A stretch of 64,000 nucleotides of DNA from an uncultured Planctomycetota bacterium (lineage in GTDB: Bacteria > Planctomycetota > Planctomycetia > Pirellulales > Lacipirellulaceae), in NCBI GenBank assembly GCA_963719315.1, contig CAVRBU010000004.1, forward strand, positions 672,001 to 736,000, written 5' to 3'. The position numbers and the translations under genes were made by a program. Within the stretch, counting starts at the first letter, position 1. Each line of letters begins with the position of its first letter. The notes beneath the pieces were generated by a model. It saw only the letters and a program-made list of their open reading frames with translations, had not been told where the DNA came from and did not search any database. This document shows, one piece after another, positions 1 to 9,773 of the stretch.

Positions 1-1719
1 TCATGCGCTTCGAGATCGAATGGCAACAAGTGCTGCGCATATGATCATGCCCAGAAGCCAAGTGGCAGGCTCAGGGATGACAGCCCCGTTCAGCGCGCCG
101 CTGCCAGACGTATTCCCGAATCGCGCTCGCCAAGCGTTGTAGTCTTCCTGTGTAACCTGGCCGGGCGTTGTGCCCGACACTTCGTTTGAAAGTTGAAAGG
201 AAGTTCCATTGTTTTTACGCCAGACGACGTAATCGGCGGCATCCACAACGCCGTTTTCGTTGTAGTCGCCAGCCACGCCGGCCGGCGCAACGCTCAAATC
301 GGAAAACACGACTAATCGCGGCCTGGCGGCCGTGTCATCCGAACCACTGAGGTGGATCTGCCAGCCATCGGTCGTATCCACGTCGTGCAAAACGGCCAAA
401 CCATGGTCGGTCGTCCCGGTGCGAATACCTTCAAGATAGCTCGTCACGTCGAACCATACTTCACTACCGGTAGTCATGCCCTGCTCAATGTCCACTGCCG
501 TAGCATCGATGTCGCCATCGGCCGATTGCAAGCCAGGATCGGCGCCGAAATCCTCGGAGTAGAGGCTGGTCGCATCCCAATCCCTCTGCATCGCATACGC
601 CGCCCATTTGTCGCCTGAGCGGGCGTTTGCGCTGTTCTCGCCGGTGGTCAGAACGAGCCAGGCCTTGGCAACCGACTTATCGGCTGGCGCCTGGCCTGCA
701 CCACCGCCAAATACATTGTTGAATTTGAACAGGCCGAAGTCGTCGGGAGATGTTAGTACTCCGGGATCAACGCCAAACGCCGGTCCATCCAGGAACTGCT
801 GAAAGCTCGTGAGAGTCGTTGGCGCCGGATCGATCGTCGAGGTAGCTGAAACGGTTGGGTCGCCAGAGAAGCCGTCGTATGTTATGTCGTCAACACTGGG
901 ATCTGGGTTGGTTCCGCTGGCGGTTTGAATCGTGCCGCTCCGCACCCAGGCCATCGTATCGCCTGTGTATCCGTTCAGATCGCGCTGAAACGTATTCACG
1001 GCAACAGGGTCCGTCGTGTAAGTCACCGAAAGCATGGGACGATCGGCAACGACTGAATAGCCGCTGGTATAGTAGTTCCAGCCATCGGAGGTACCCGTAT
1101 AGCCCGCTTGAATCGTAAAGCCGAAGTTGTTGTCTCCCTCGGGGTCGCTGGACCACTGTTGGATAAGCGGTCGTATTTTGGCGATTCCAACGTCGTTTTG
1201 CGTCAGAGTTCCGTAGCCGCCGACAGGACGAGTCGAATACCCGTCTTGCCACCAGGGGCCGCGATATCCCAATGGATCAGCGGACGGAAAGTCGATGTAT
1301 CTCGTTGCGAGGGTAAATGGCTGCAATAGGTTGGCAACTCCCCAAGGACCTGGAGTGTTTGCACTGCCGCCGTTCGTCGTTTTCAAACGCAATGTGGCAT
1401 CAAGAATCGTCGCCCCGAGCGGGATTTTTCCCGCACCCGCGCCGAAAATGTTGTCGAAGCGCGTGAGACTCGGTTGGTCCGGCGAAAACTCATTTGCCAT
1501 TGTTTGCGGATCATCTGGACGGTAGCCATCGACCCCATAGTTTGTGACGGTAGAGCCATCCGTTCCATCGCCGCCGGTATTCATGCTGACTCGTAATTCG
1601 GTAATGTCCGTGTAGCCGTTGGCATCGTCTTTTTGGAATGTTACCGTCGTCGAGCTAACAGCCAGTGCCCAGCTCGCGGGAATTAGCGCCAAGACGATTG
1701 AAGTGATTGAAATTCGCAT
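1..1719 (-). CDS. Secreted PEP-CTERM protein with two tandem DNRLRE-like modules and a dockerin-like repeat
   Basis: N-terminal signal peptide; internal duplication (TFQKDDANGY/TFQRDLNGY, RFDNIFGAGAG/KFNNVFGGGAG, RPMLSV/RPRLVV); GDYNENGVVDAADYVVWRK; C-terminal IPEP + hydrophobic helix + basic tail. Confidence 0.8.
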   Translation of the reverse strand: MRISITSIVLALIPASWALAVSSTTVTFQKDDANGYTDITELRVSMNTGGDGTDGSTVTNYGVDGYRPDDPQTMANEFSPDQPSLTRFDNIFGAGAGKIPLGATILDATLRLKTTNGGSANTPGPWGVANLLQPFTLATRYIDFPSADPLGYRGPWWQDGYSTRPVGGYGTLTQNDVGIAKIRPLIQQWSSDPEGDNNFGFTIQAGYTGTSDGWNYYTSGYSVVADRPMLSVTYTTDPVAVNTFQRDLNGYTGDTMAWVRSGTIQTASGTNPDPSVDDITYDGFSGDPTVSATSTIDPAPTTLTSFQQFLDGPAFGVDPGVLTSPDDFGLFKFNNVFGGGAGQAPADKSVAKAWLVLTTGENSANARSGDKWAAYAMQRDWDATSLYSEDFGADPGLQSADGDIDATAVDIEQGMTTGSEVWFDVTSYLEGIRTGTTDHGLAVLHDVDTTDGWQIHLSGSDDTAARPRLVVFSDLSVAPAGVAGDYNENGVVDAADYVVWRKNNGTSFQLSNEVSGTTPGQVTQEDYNAWRARFGNTSGSGALNGAVIPEPATWLLGMIICAALVAIRSRSA

Positions 1720-1849
1720 TGCAGTGCCTCATGAGTAAAGGAAAAGGTTGGTTCGCTAGTTTTAGCGTGCCCATGTGAAGCCCCGGTGAATTTTCCGCTA
1801 AATTCCTCTTGGTTCCCTGTTTCAAGTCCAGCAGAATTAACCGCTCGTG

Positions 1850-3426
1850 CTAATTTGCCCCATCGCGAGCGCCATTCATCTCCATTGCCTCCTCTCTCTC
1901 GCGATCGCGTGCTCTTCCATTTCCGTTGGCCAGTGCCATGTGAGGCGCCGCTGCCCCGACGGCGCCGACTTGCTCGCGATAGCGAGCAATTTCTGATTGT
2001 ATTCTCGATTCGTCCCAATTGAGTTCGGAAGCCATCCATCGCGCGGCTTGGCCAGCCACTTCGACATGGTCGCGGCGATAATGCCGCCAACTCGTGCGGC
2101 GGACCATCAGGTCCTCTAACCGCCGGGTCCATTCATTGCGGCAGAAATGCCTGACCAGCACCTCCGATACGGGCGGCGGCACGATGCCGCTGATGCCGGA
2201 TGTCGCGCTCGGCTCCAACAGCGGGACGTACGATGTTTCACACTTGTGGCTGCCTGCCCCCAAGAACTTCGCGATGGCTGTGACCGTTTCCTCGGCCATC
2301 AAGCGATACGTCGTCAGCTTGCCGCCCGTCACGTCCCACCAGCCGGGCTCATTCATCTTGATTTCGTGGCGGCGGGAAATATCCGACGGATTGCCGTTCC
2401 GATCGGCGACCAATGGCCGCAATCCGGCCCACGTGCTGACTAGATCGGCCTTTGTCAGCCCGGCCTGGGGAAATGCAGCGTTGGTGACCTCCAGGATGTA
2501 TTGAATGTCGGCTTCGTCGCAGGTGGGCTCTCCGAGCGGGCCTTGATAGTCGGTGTCGGTCGTGCCCAGGATCACGCGCTCGCCCCACGGAATCGCGAAC
2601 AGAATTCGGTCGCCCTCCGTCATCACGACAGCATCTGGAACCGGAAGTCGATGCCGATCGATGACCAGGTGGACGCCCTTTGTCAGGCGGAGCGAAGTGT
2701 TCGCATGAGGAAGTTTGTCCGACCAAGGCCCCGTCGCGTTCACGACCGTCCGCGTGCTGACCTGAAACGATTCGCCCGACTCGGTGTCCTTTAGATTGCA
2801 CTGCCACAAATCGCCGCTGCGCGAAGCGTCAACGAGTTGCAGATAGTTGATTGCAACTGCGCCGTGCGCGGCGGCCGAGCGAATCGTATCGAGGACCAGC
2901 CGTGCATCGTTCGTCAAGGCGTCGAAATAGCGAACGGCCCCCGTCAGGTTTTGTGTCGACAAGCCTGGCAGAACTTCGGTCGTTTTGCGCGTCCGAATAC
3001 GCTGCTGCGGCCGAAATTCCGCATCGCGCACAGTAAATCGTAAAGTTTGACGCCGACAGCCAGTTTCCAGAGCGACCAGCTCGTGCCCTTTCGCGTCGGG
3101 AAAATAAACGCCAGCGGCTGCGCCAAATGAGGAGCGATGTGCCCGATCGCGCGCTTTTCGCGGCTAGCCTCGCGCACCAGGGCAACGCGTCCCTGTGCCA
3201 AATAACGTATGCCCCCGTGCAATAGGCGACTCGATCGGCTACTGGTGCCCGAGGCAAAATCGCCTTGCTCAACCAAGGCGGTTTTGAAACCGCGCATCGC
3301 CGCGTCGCGAGCGACGCCGGCCCCGACGATGCCGCCGCCGATCACGAGCACGTCCAATGGTCGATGCAAAAGCTCTGCCAACTCGGTTTGGCGCGCGCTC
3401 GAAGTGGATTCGACGTTTGTGCGCAT
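1850..3426 (-). CDS. glpD: FAD-dependent glycerol-3-phosphate dehydrogenase (one frameshift near 2985, probably a sequencing error)
   Basis: DVLVIGGGIVGAGVARDAAMRG, DFASGTSSRSSRLLHGGIRYL, NATGPW, KGVHL, GTTDTD, WAGLRPL, GGKLTTYRLMAE; ORFs 2944..3426 and 1850..3031 join if one base is added at the T4 run 2983-2986. Confidence 0.9.
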
Positions 3427-3435
3427 AGACCCACC

Positions 3436-3476
3436 AAAACGAAAATAGCCCCGCGGTGCAAAACCGCGGGGCCATT
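3436..3476 (-). terminator. Intrinsic terminator in the glpD leader (attenuator)
   Basis: Minus strand reads AATGGCCCCGCGGT-TTTGC-ACCGCGGGGCTATT-TTCGTTTT: 10-bp perfect GC stem (3448-3457/3463-3472) followed by a U-rich tract, about 10 nt before the glpD ATG. Confidence 0.75.
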
Positions 3477-3700
3477 CTCTTTATTCTCTTGGCCCTAGCA
3501 ATGCATTTCGATTATGATCGAATTTGTGCCGGGCAAACACTCACGTCTAAACAAAGTTAAGAATGAGATTCCGCCCGACAGACGCAGTGTAACGAAGCTC
3601 CTTCGCGTCTGTCAAGTAGTTTTGCGTTTTTCGGCTTTTCTGTGACGCAGTGCCAATTATTTCGGGGCGATTCGGTTCGGAAACGAACGGAAAGGGTCCA

Positions 3701-4282
3701 ATGCGACGAAAGTCCATTGATGCCTGTTTTCGCAAACATGTGATCCCGGTGATCTGGGATCCTGGGCCACAAAGCGAGCTTTTGGCCCGGGCGAGCGCCG
3801 TTTTTCTCCAGGGCGGCGCTCTGGGAGATTTGGTCCGCGTGCTCGATCTGTTCCGTACGCCGCGGCTAGAGCATTTGCCGCTCTTCGTACATGTGGATTT
3901 GGTTGCCGGCTTGGAAAATAGCGAAGCGGGGCTCGAATTTCTCGCCGGTTTCGAACGCATCTCGGGTGTGGTGACAGTACACCATCATTTGTCATCTGCT
4001 GCCAGGCGACACGGATTATTGTCGATCGTACGCCTCTTTTTGTCCGATAGCCGGGCTGTGGATCGCGGTGTCTCGGTGGTTAGCAAGTCGCACCCGGATG
4101 CCGTCGAAATCTTGCCGGCGGTGGTTGCCGCAAAAGTTGCGAGCGACTTCGCCACTTGCCGCATCCCGCGAATTGCCGGCGGCTTGTGCCGCACCGAAGC
4201 GGATGTGGCCGAAGTGCTCGCCAGCGGCTGCCGAGCCGTGACAAGCACGTCGCCTGCACTTTGGAAGCTCAACCCCGCGTAA
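3701..4282 (+). CDS. glpP: Glycerol-3-phosphate responsive antiterminator
   Basis: FVHVDLVAGL, RLFLSDSRAV, PDAVEILPA, IAGGLCRTEADV...AVTSTSPALW match the GlpP family; located between glpD and glpT. Confidence 0.85.
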   Translation: MRRKSIDACFRKHVIPVIWDPGPQSELLARASAVFLQGGALGDLVRVLDLFRTPRLEHLPLFVHVDLVAGLENSEAGLEFLAGFERISGVVTVHHHLSSAARRHGLLSIVRLFLSDSRAVDRGVSVVSKSHPDAVEILPAVVAAKVASDFATCRIPRIAGGLCRTEADVAEVLASGCRAVTSTSPALWKLNPA

Positions 4283-4498
4283 TTACTGGATCGATCCGCG
4301 CGAAGACTTGTAATGTGTAGAAACTCAAACAGGCCCTTCTTGCCCACTAGAAGAGTCAGAATCATCGAACACTTGCCGTTCTTCTGCTCTCCCCGTTGGT
4401 TCTGATCGTAAGCGAGATTGCGAAAGGTCTCAGTTCATTATCTCTCCAAGGCCGCCACGATAGAATCCCAACCAACTGCAATTATCGTTGCTAACGCG

Positions 4499-5305
4499 AT
4501 GCCGGAACTTAGCAAAATACGTCACTTCGTGCTCGACCTGGACGGCACGATCTATCTTGGTAAAAAACTCTTTCCCCAGACGCTGCCGTTCCTTGCCACG
4601 CTCAAGAAGCTGGGCATCAGCCATAGCTTCATGACCAACAACTGCTCGCGGAGCCGGGCCGAGTACATGCACCACTTGCGCCAAATCGGTATCGAAGCGA
4701 ACGAGCATTCGATCTTGACGTCGGCTCACGCGGCAATCCATCATCTTACGGTCAATTTGCCGCGCGTGAAGCGGCTGTTCGTCCTGGGAACGGCCGGCCT
4801 GCGCGACGACTTTCGACTGGCCGACTTCAGCGTGGTGGAAGACACACCCGATGCCGTTGTCGTGGGATTCGACACGGCGCTCGATTACGACGGACTTTGC
4901 CAAACGGCATATTGGATCAGCCGCGGACTGCCGTACATCGCGACGCACCCCGATCGAGTCTGCCCAACCGATCGGCCAATCGTGTTGCCCGATTGCGGGG
5001 CGATTTGCGCCCTGTTGGAAACGGCCACCGGCCGGCGGCCAGATGCAATCCCCGGCAAGCCGAACCCCGCGATGTTACAGACCGTCTTTGCCCAGCACGA
5101 ACTTGAGCCCGGCGAGGTCGCTTTGGTCGGTGACCGGCTCTACACCGATATCCGCATGGCCCGTGACGCTGGAGCCGTCGCCGTTCTAACTCTCACCGGC
5201 GAAACGCAACGCGCGGATATAGCAGCCTGCCCCGAATCCCATCGTCCGGACGTTGTCGTCGCCGACCTTGGCGACTTGCAACACCTGTTAGAAACCGCGC
5301 ATTGA
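4499..5305 (+). CDS. HAD-superfamily subfamily IIA phosphatase (NagD-like)
   Basis: LDLDGTIY, TNN, ATHPD, GKPNP, VGDRLYTDI, LTGET motifs. Confidence 0.85.
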   Translation: MPELSKIRHFVLDLDGTIYLGKKLFPQTLPFLATLKKLGISHSFMTNNCSRSRAEYMHHLRQIGIEANEHSILTSAHAAIHHLTVNLPRVKRLFVLGTAGLRDDFRLADFSVVEDTPDAVVVGFDTALDYDGLCQTAYWISRGLPYIATHPDRVCPTDRPIVLPDCGAICALLETATGRRPDAIPGKPNPAMLQTVFAQHELEPGEVALVGDRLYTDIRMARDAGAVAVLTLTGETQRADIAACPESHRPDVVVADLGDLQHLLETAH

Positions 5306-5328
5306 ACTCTTTTCGGGCCCTTCGCACA

Positions 5329-6693
5329 ATGATCGACCTATTCGCGCCACTCAAACGATTGTACGCACCGCCGCCAGCGGCTCCGCGCCTGCCTGAAGTG
5401 GAAGTCGAGCGGGTCTATCCCGACTATCGCTGGCGAGCGCTCGAGGCGACGTTTATCGGCTACGCGACATTTTACTTGCTCCGCGGCAATAGTGTTTCCA
5501 CGGTCACTTTGGAAATGCAACATGCTTTGCATTACACCAAGGCGATGATCGGCAACATGGGGGCGTTTCTAGCGCTAACCTATGGGTTCAGCAAATTCCT
5601 CATGGGGGCCATCTCCGATCGCAGCGACGCCCGCAAATTCATGGCCACGGGGCTCTTGATGACGTCGATTTGCAATTTCGCATTCGGGGCCGCGACTTCC
5701 TATCAGGCGCACTTTTGGTTGTGGGGACTAAACGGTTTTTTCCAAGGGATGGGCTGGCCACCGTGCGGCCGCGTGATGGGCCACTGGTTCAGCGAATCAG
5801 AGCGCGGGCTCACGTTCAGCATCTGGAACACGTCGCACAACATCGGCGGTGGAGTCGCCGGCGTGCTCGCCGCCTGGGCCGTCACGACATTTGGCGGTTG
5901 GCAATATGCATTCTTCGTGCCGGGCGCGATCGCGGTGGTCGGCGCCTTATACTTGTTCTTGCGATTGCGGGACACTCCACAATCGGTCGGGTTGCCGCCC
6001 ATTGAAGAGTTTCGCAACGACTTTCCGGCCGGCGGGCTACCGGAAGAGGAGTTGGAACGCCAGCTTTCCTACCGCGAACTATTCGTCGATAAGGTGCTGC
6101 TCAATCCCTACGTTTGGCTGCTGGCGATCGCAAATTTCTTCGCCTACATCACGCGCTATAGCATGCTCGATTGGGGCCCCACCTACCTGCGCGAGGTGAA
6201 GGGCGCCAGTTTAGGTGAAGGCGGCTTCGCGCTAATGGCAATCGAGTTCGGCGGCGTTCCCTCCACGATCTTCTTCGGCTGGGTCTCCGATCGCATCGGC
6301 GGGCGGCGCGGCATGGTCGCCGCGCTCTGCATGCTGCCGATCATCGCCGCGTTCGCCACGATTGCCAAGACTCCGCCCGGGTACCTATGGTTCGATTACT
6401 TGATGCTTATGACAATTGGTTGCTTCATCTATCCGGTCATCAATCTCATCACGATCGCCGCGCTCGATTTGGTTTCTAAAAAGGCCATCGGCACCGCCGC
6501 CGGTTTCATCGGCTTATTTGGCTATCTCGGCAAGATGGTCCAATCCTCCGGCATCGGCTGGACCGTCGACGAATATACCAAGTCGCGCGGCGCCGAAGGG
6601 GCCTGGTCGATCGTTCTCAGCGCGATCCTAATATCCGCCGGCATCTCGACCGTTCTGCTGGCGGCGACTTGGAAACTGCGGCCGCGGGCGTAG
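5329..6693 (+). CDS. glpT: MFS organophosphate:Pi antiporter (glycerol-3-phosphate transporter)
   Basis: FIGYATFYL, SDRSDARKFM, FQGMGWPPCGR, ERG...WNTSHNIGG, RDTPQSVGLPPIEE, LDWGPTYL, AAGFIGLFGYLG. Confidence 0.85.
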   Translation: MIDLFAPLKRLYAPPPAAPRLPEVEVERVYPDYRWRALEATFIGYATFYLLRGNSVSTVTLEMQHALHYTKAMIGNMGAFLALTYGFSKFLMGAISDRSDARKFMATGLLMTSICNFAFGAATSYQAHFWLWGLNGFFQGMGWPPCGRVMGHWFSESERGLTFSIWNTSHNIGGGVAGVLAAWAVTTFGGWQYAFFVPGAIAVVGALYLFLRLRDTPQSVGLPPIEEFRNDFPAGGLPEEELERQLSYRELFVDKVLLNPYVWLLAIANFFAYITRYSMLDWGPTYLREVKGASLGEGGFALMAIEFGGVPSTIFFGWVSDRIGGRRGMVAALCMLPIIAAFATIAKTPPGYLWFDYLMLMTIGCFIYPVINLITIAALDLVSKKAIGTAAGFIGLFGYLGKMVQSSGIGWTVDEYTKSRGAEGAWSIVLSAILISAGISTVLLAATWKLRPRA

Positions 6694-6704
6694 CTGCGGG
6701 CCAA

Positions 6705-6890
6705 CTAAACGCAATCAGGACTGAATTCTATAATCAGCTCCCAATCGGTGAGATTGGCGATTTCGTACAGCAGCTCGTCCGACTCCGTCGAACAAACTTT
6801 CACGCGCCGCTGCGGCCCGCCGAGCGCGATCCGCTTGTGGTCCGCGCTGATGTCCGCGGCCAGCACCGCATCCAAGTTTTCGCCATGAAT
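6705..6890 (-). pseudogene. Orphan fragment of a planctomycete WD40-repeat protein
   Basis: Translates to LDAVLAADISADHKRIALGGPQRRVKVCSTESDELLYEIANLTDWELIIEFSPD, about 1.5 degenerate WD40 blades, with no credible start. Confidence 0.55.
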
Positions 6891-6914
6891 CGATGCCATC
6901 CGCAAAATCCGTGG

Positions 6915-9188
6915 TTATTCTCCACTGCCATCTGGCATTACAAAGCAATAGGCCCAGTATCGAAACTCCGTCCAGGCTTCCTCCTGAGGCGGCTGGCCGG
7001 GAAACAGCGGTAATCCCACCGGCACGAATTCGCATCGCACGCGAATTTTCTCCCGGCCGCGGGTCAGCCGGGGCGGCAACAGAAACTCATCATCTCGCCA
7101 ACGGCGATTTGAAGTCTGCGGAATGTGCGCTGGCGGCATTAATTCCGTGTTCTGTGCCGGCTGTTCCCTGAGCAACGCGCGCGGGTCGCCGTACACCACG
7201 GTATTACCGCCGGCCGTGTACCACGTGCCCGCCTCATGCCATTCGGGCCTCTCGGCTGTGGCATCCGCCACGTAAATGGTCGCTTTCTGATTGGGGTACG
7301 CTAAATCCAGCCGCCGGCGTAGCATCACGCCAACCGCATCCGGCCGCACCCGTAGTACGAACTCCGAGCGCGTTTTCGTGCGCCGTCCATCATCGGTAAT
7401 CGTCGGCACGATTTCGGTTTGTTGGCCGTCGGCCGCCCGCACATGATCTACTCCGACTTCATGCCGACTCGCCACCGTCTCCGGCGCTGTGGCGTCGGGC
7501 GACATGTAGTGGTGCGCTGCTTCGCTCGCTGCATCGCCCACATCGAACTCGTCCGTTAACCGCAGAGCCGGCTTTTGCAGACCGTACCAGTAGGTGACCG
7601 TTTCGTAGTGCTCCATACTTTCGTTTGCCCCGCCGTGCTCGAGCGTGAACCGCGCATTCTTCCCAAACGGAATCAAATCGCTGAGCAGAAACCGATACGC
7701 CGAGTGCACTTTGTCCAAATCGGTCTTCATCTCACCGACTGGCCGTCCCACCGGATGACCGACGAATGGCAGCGTCATTCGCTCGCCGCCCCAATAGTCG
7801 CCGCCGCCGCCCCACTCTTCGCTGCCCGTGCCCTGCCCCTGCGGGCTTAAGCTGTCGTCTAGATAAAACCTCGGATCGCCTTCCAACGTTCGCAAGTTGC
7901 CGGTGCGCGTAAACGTATAGGTCGTGCCGACGATGTGGCCACACCAATCGCCGCCGCCTTCCGTTGTTCGCGTATCGAGCAACTCCAAATCGCGGCCGCG
8001 TACGGGCGTCGGAAAGTCGCGATAAGTCGCGTGGAACAGGCCAACCCAATTCGGCGGATCGGTGTACGGCACGTGGCGAACTTCCCACTCGATTTCGCGA
8101 ATCGGCCGCCCAGTCGCTTCTACTAACTCGATGCGCGCCGTTCGCTGGAACGGCATCGGAAAATACGTCGCGAAGAGAAAACCGTTCTGCTCATGCCGAA
8201 TCGTCATCGGAAACGATTTGACGATGTATTCCTGGTCCGGGTCGCGCAGCAGCGAACCCGCGCCAAAAAACAAACCGACCGGCGCATCGACCGATGGCTC
8301 CTTTCGATCGTCCCAATAGATTCGCAGCCGCGCGCGGCAAAGGGATCGGCAAACTTCTCGGGCACGCGAAATGCTATTCGCCGAATCATCGCCGGACCTG
8401 CATCAGAGCACAGACAACCGTCGGGTTGCGCACGTTCAACGATACCGTGCCCTTCTCCTCCTCGATATCTCCGACTCGCGGTGCGAGATCCGATCCCGCT
8501 CGACCAACAAGCTCGATTACGTCGAGCGGTATCGTACTCGTCGCTCCCCAACTCTCGACCGGCGCGAGAGAAGTTCGAGCCCTGGCAATACCTTCCACAA
8601 AATGAAGTAGCCTGTGCCATAGTGCGCATGGCCTAATGCGATCTGCAAGTCGCGCTCGAACGACACTGGCGTCCACGACAAATCGGCTCCCTTTGTCTGT
8701 GACCACGTGTAGTTGAGACCACTCGGGAAAAGAGTAGCCGGCTGGAATACCGAATCCTTTGCCGGATGCAGCGGATCACGTGTGCTTGTTTCCTCGACGA
8801 TCGTTTCCCGACCATCGACACGATATTGCCACGGGCTGCCATGCCAATGATTGTAGCGCTCGAACCACAGGATACCCGGCCCGAGCTCGTCCAGCGCTAC
8901 ATTGTGCGTATCATCGATCTGCCGAATAAAGTGGGCTGCATCCGCGTTCTCGTTCCCGCCACGACGGTCGAACGTGCTCCGCATGTAGCACCGCACGCCG
9001 ATCCGCAGATACGGCCAGCGCTCCCACTGTGTGAACGCATCGACGCCAAACGGAATTTGCGGCGGCTGCTTCGCGAGGCCGCGTTCGTCTTGCGCGACGG
9101 TAATGCTGCCACTCAAGATTGCCGCCGGCATCAACGCCAGAATACTCCAACGTCGCCAATCCACTCCGATCCGAAGACGGTTAATCAT
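6915..9188 (-). CDS. Secreted DUF2961 (GH172-like) protein; three frameshifts near 8565, 8415 and 8330
   Basis: Signal peptide; STFDRRGGNENAD, GPG, RLRIYWDDRKEPSVDAPVGLFFGAG, YFPMPF, EGDPRFYLD, GTGSEEW, LEHGG motifs spread over four consecutive frames. Confidence 0.65.
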
Positions 9189-9206
9189 GAATGCTGTGGC
9201 TCGGCA

Positions 9207-9563
9207 TCACGCGGTCGGCAGTCCTGCATCCTTCCACGCCTTGAGCCCTCCCGCCAAGGAAGCCACGTTCGTGTAACCCATCTTTTGCAAATTGTCGGCG
9301 GCCAGCGCCGAGCGGGAACCGCCGCCGCAGTAACAGATAATTGGAGTCGCAACATCCGGCGCTGTTTCTTCGATCCGCAATTCAACCACGCCTTTGCTCA
9401 GGTGGATTGCCCCTTGCGCATGGCCCTTTGCAAATTCGTCGGCTTCGCGGATATCAATCAAAACCGCGCCATGGGCCTGTTGCTCGACCGCTTCGGCCGG
9501 CGAAACCTCGCGCACGCGAGTTTTAGCGTCGTTCGCAAGCTCCTTGAAACGTGATGATGGCAC
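9207..9563 (-). CDS. Single-domain rhodanese / sulfurtransferase
   Basis: LIDIREADEFAKGH, YCGGGSRSALAADNLQKMGY, LAGGLKAW; likely GTG start at 9563. Confidence 0.85.
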   Translation of the reverse strand: MPSSRFKELANDAKTRVREVSPAEAVEQQAHGAVLIDIREADEFAKGHAQGAIHLSKGVVELRIEETAPDVATPIICYCGGGSRSALAADNLQKMGYTNVASLAGGLKAWKDAGLPTA

Positions 9564-9695
9564 GGCACTTCCCCGCTTGGTGGAATTGCTTACAACTCGC
9601 ACACTGTTCAACGGCCATTAGATTCTCGCCCGCACGCGCTCGCAAGTGGCTAATGCGGGGCAGGCATTCTTGCCTGCGGGATATGCTGTGTCCGG

Positions 9696-9758
9696 AACTT
9701 TGTAGCACGGACTTCAGTCCGTACGAGAATCACGGACTGAAGTCCGTGCTACAAAGTT
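9696..9758. repeat. GTAG-type REP doublet (REPIN-like)
   Basis: 27-bp perfect inverted arms AACTTTGTAGCACGGACTTCAGTCCGT with a 9-nt spacer; each arm is GTAG + its own hairpin; near-identical copy at 33812-33870. Confidence 0.85.
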
Positions 9759-9773
9759 GTTATAACTATCCCG

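Noticed and set aside
2980..2990. Programmed frameshifting or phase variation in glpD and the other split genes
   Set aside because: No canonical slippery heptamers; the window-wide indel pattern is better explained by sequencing error
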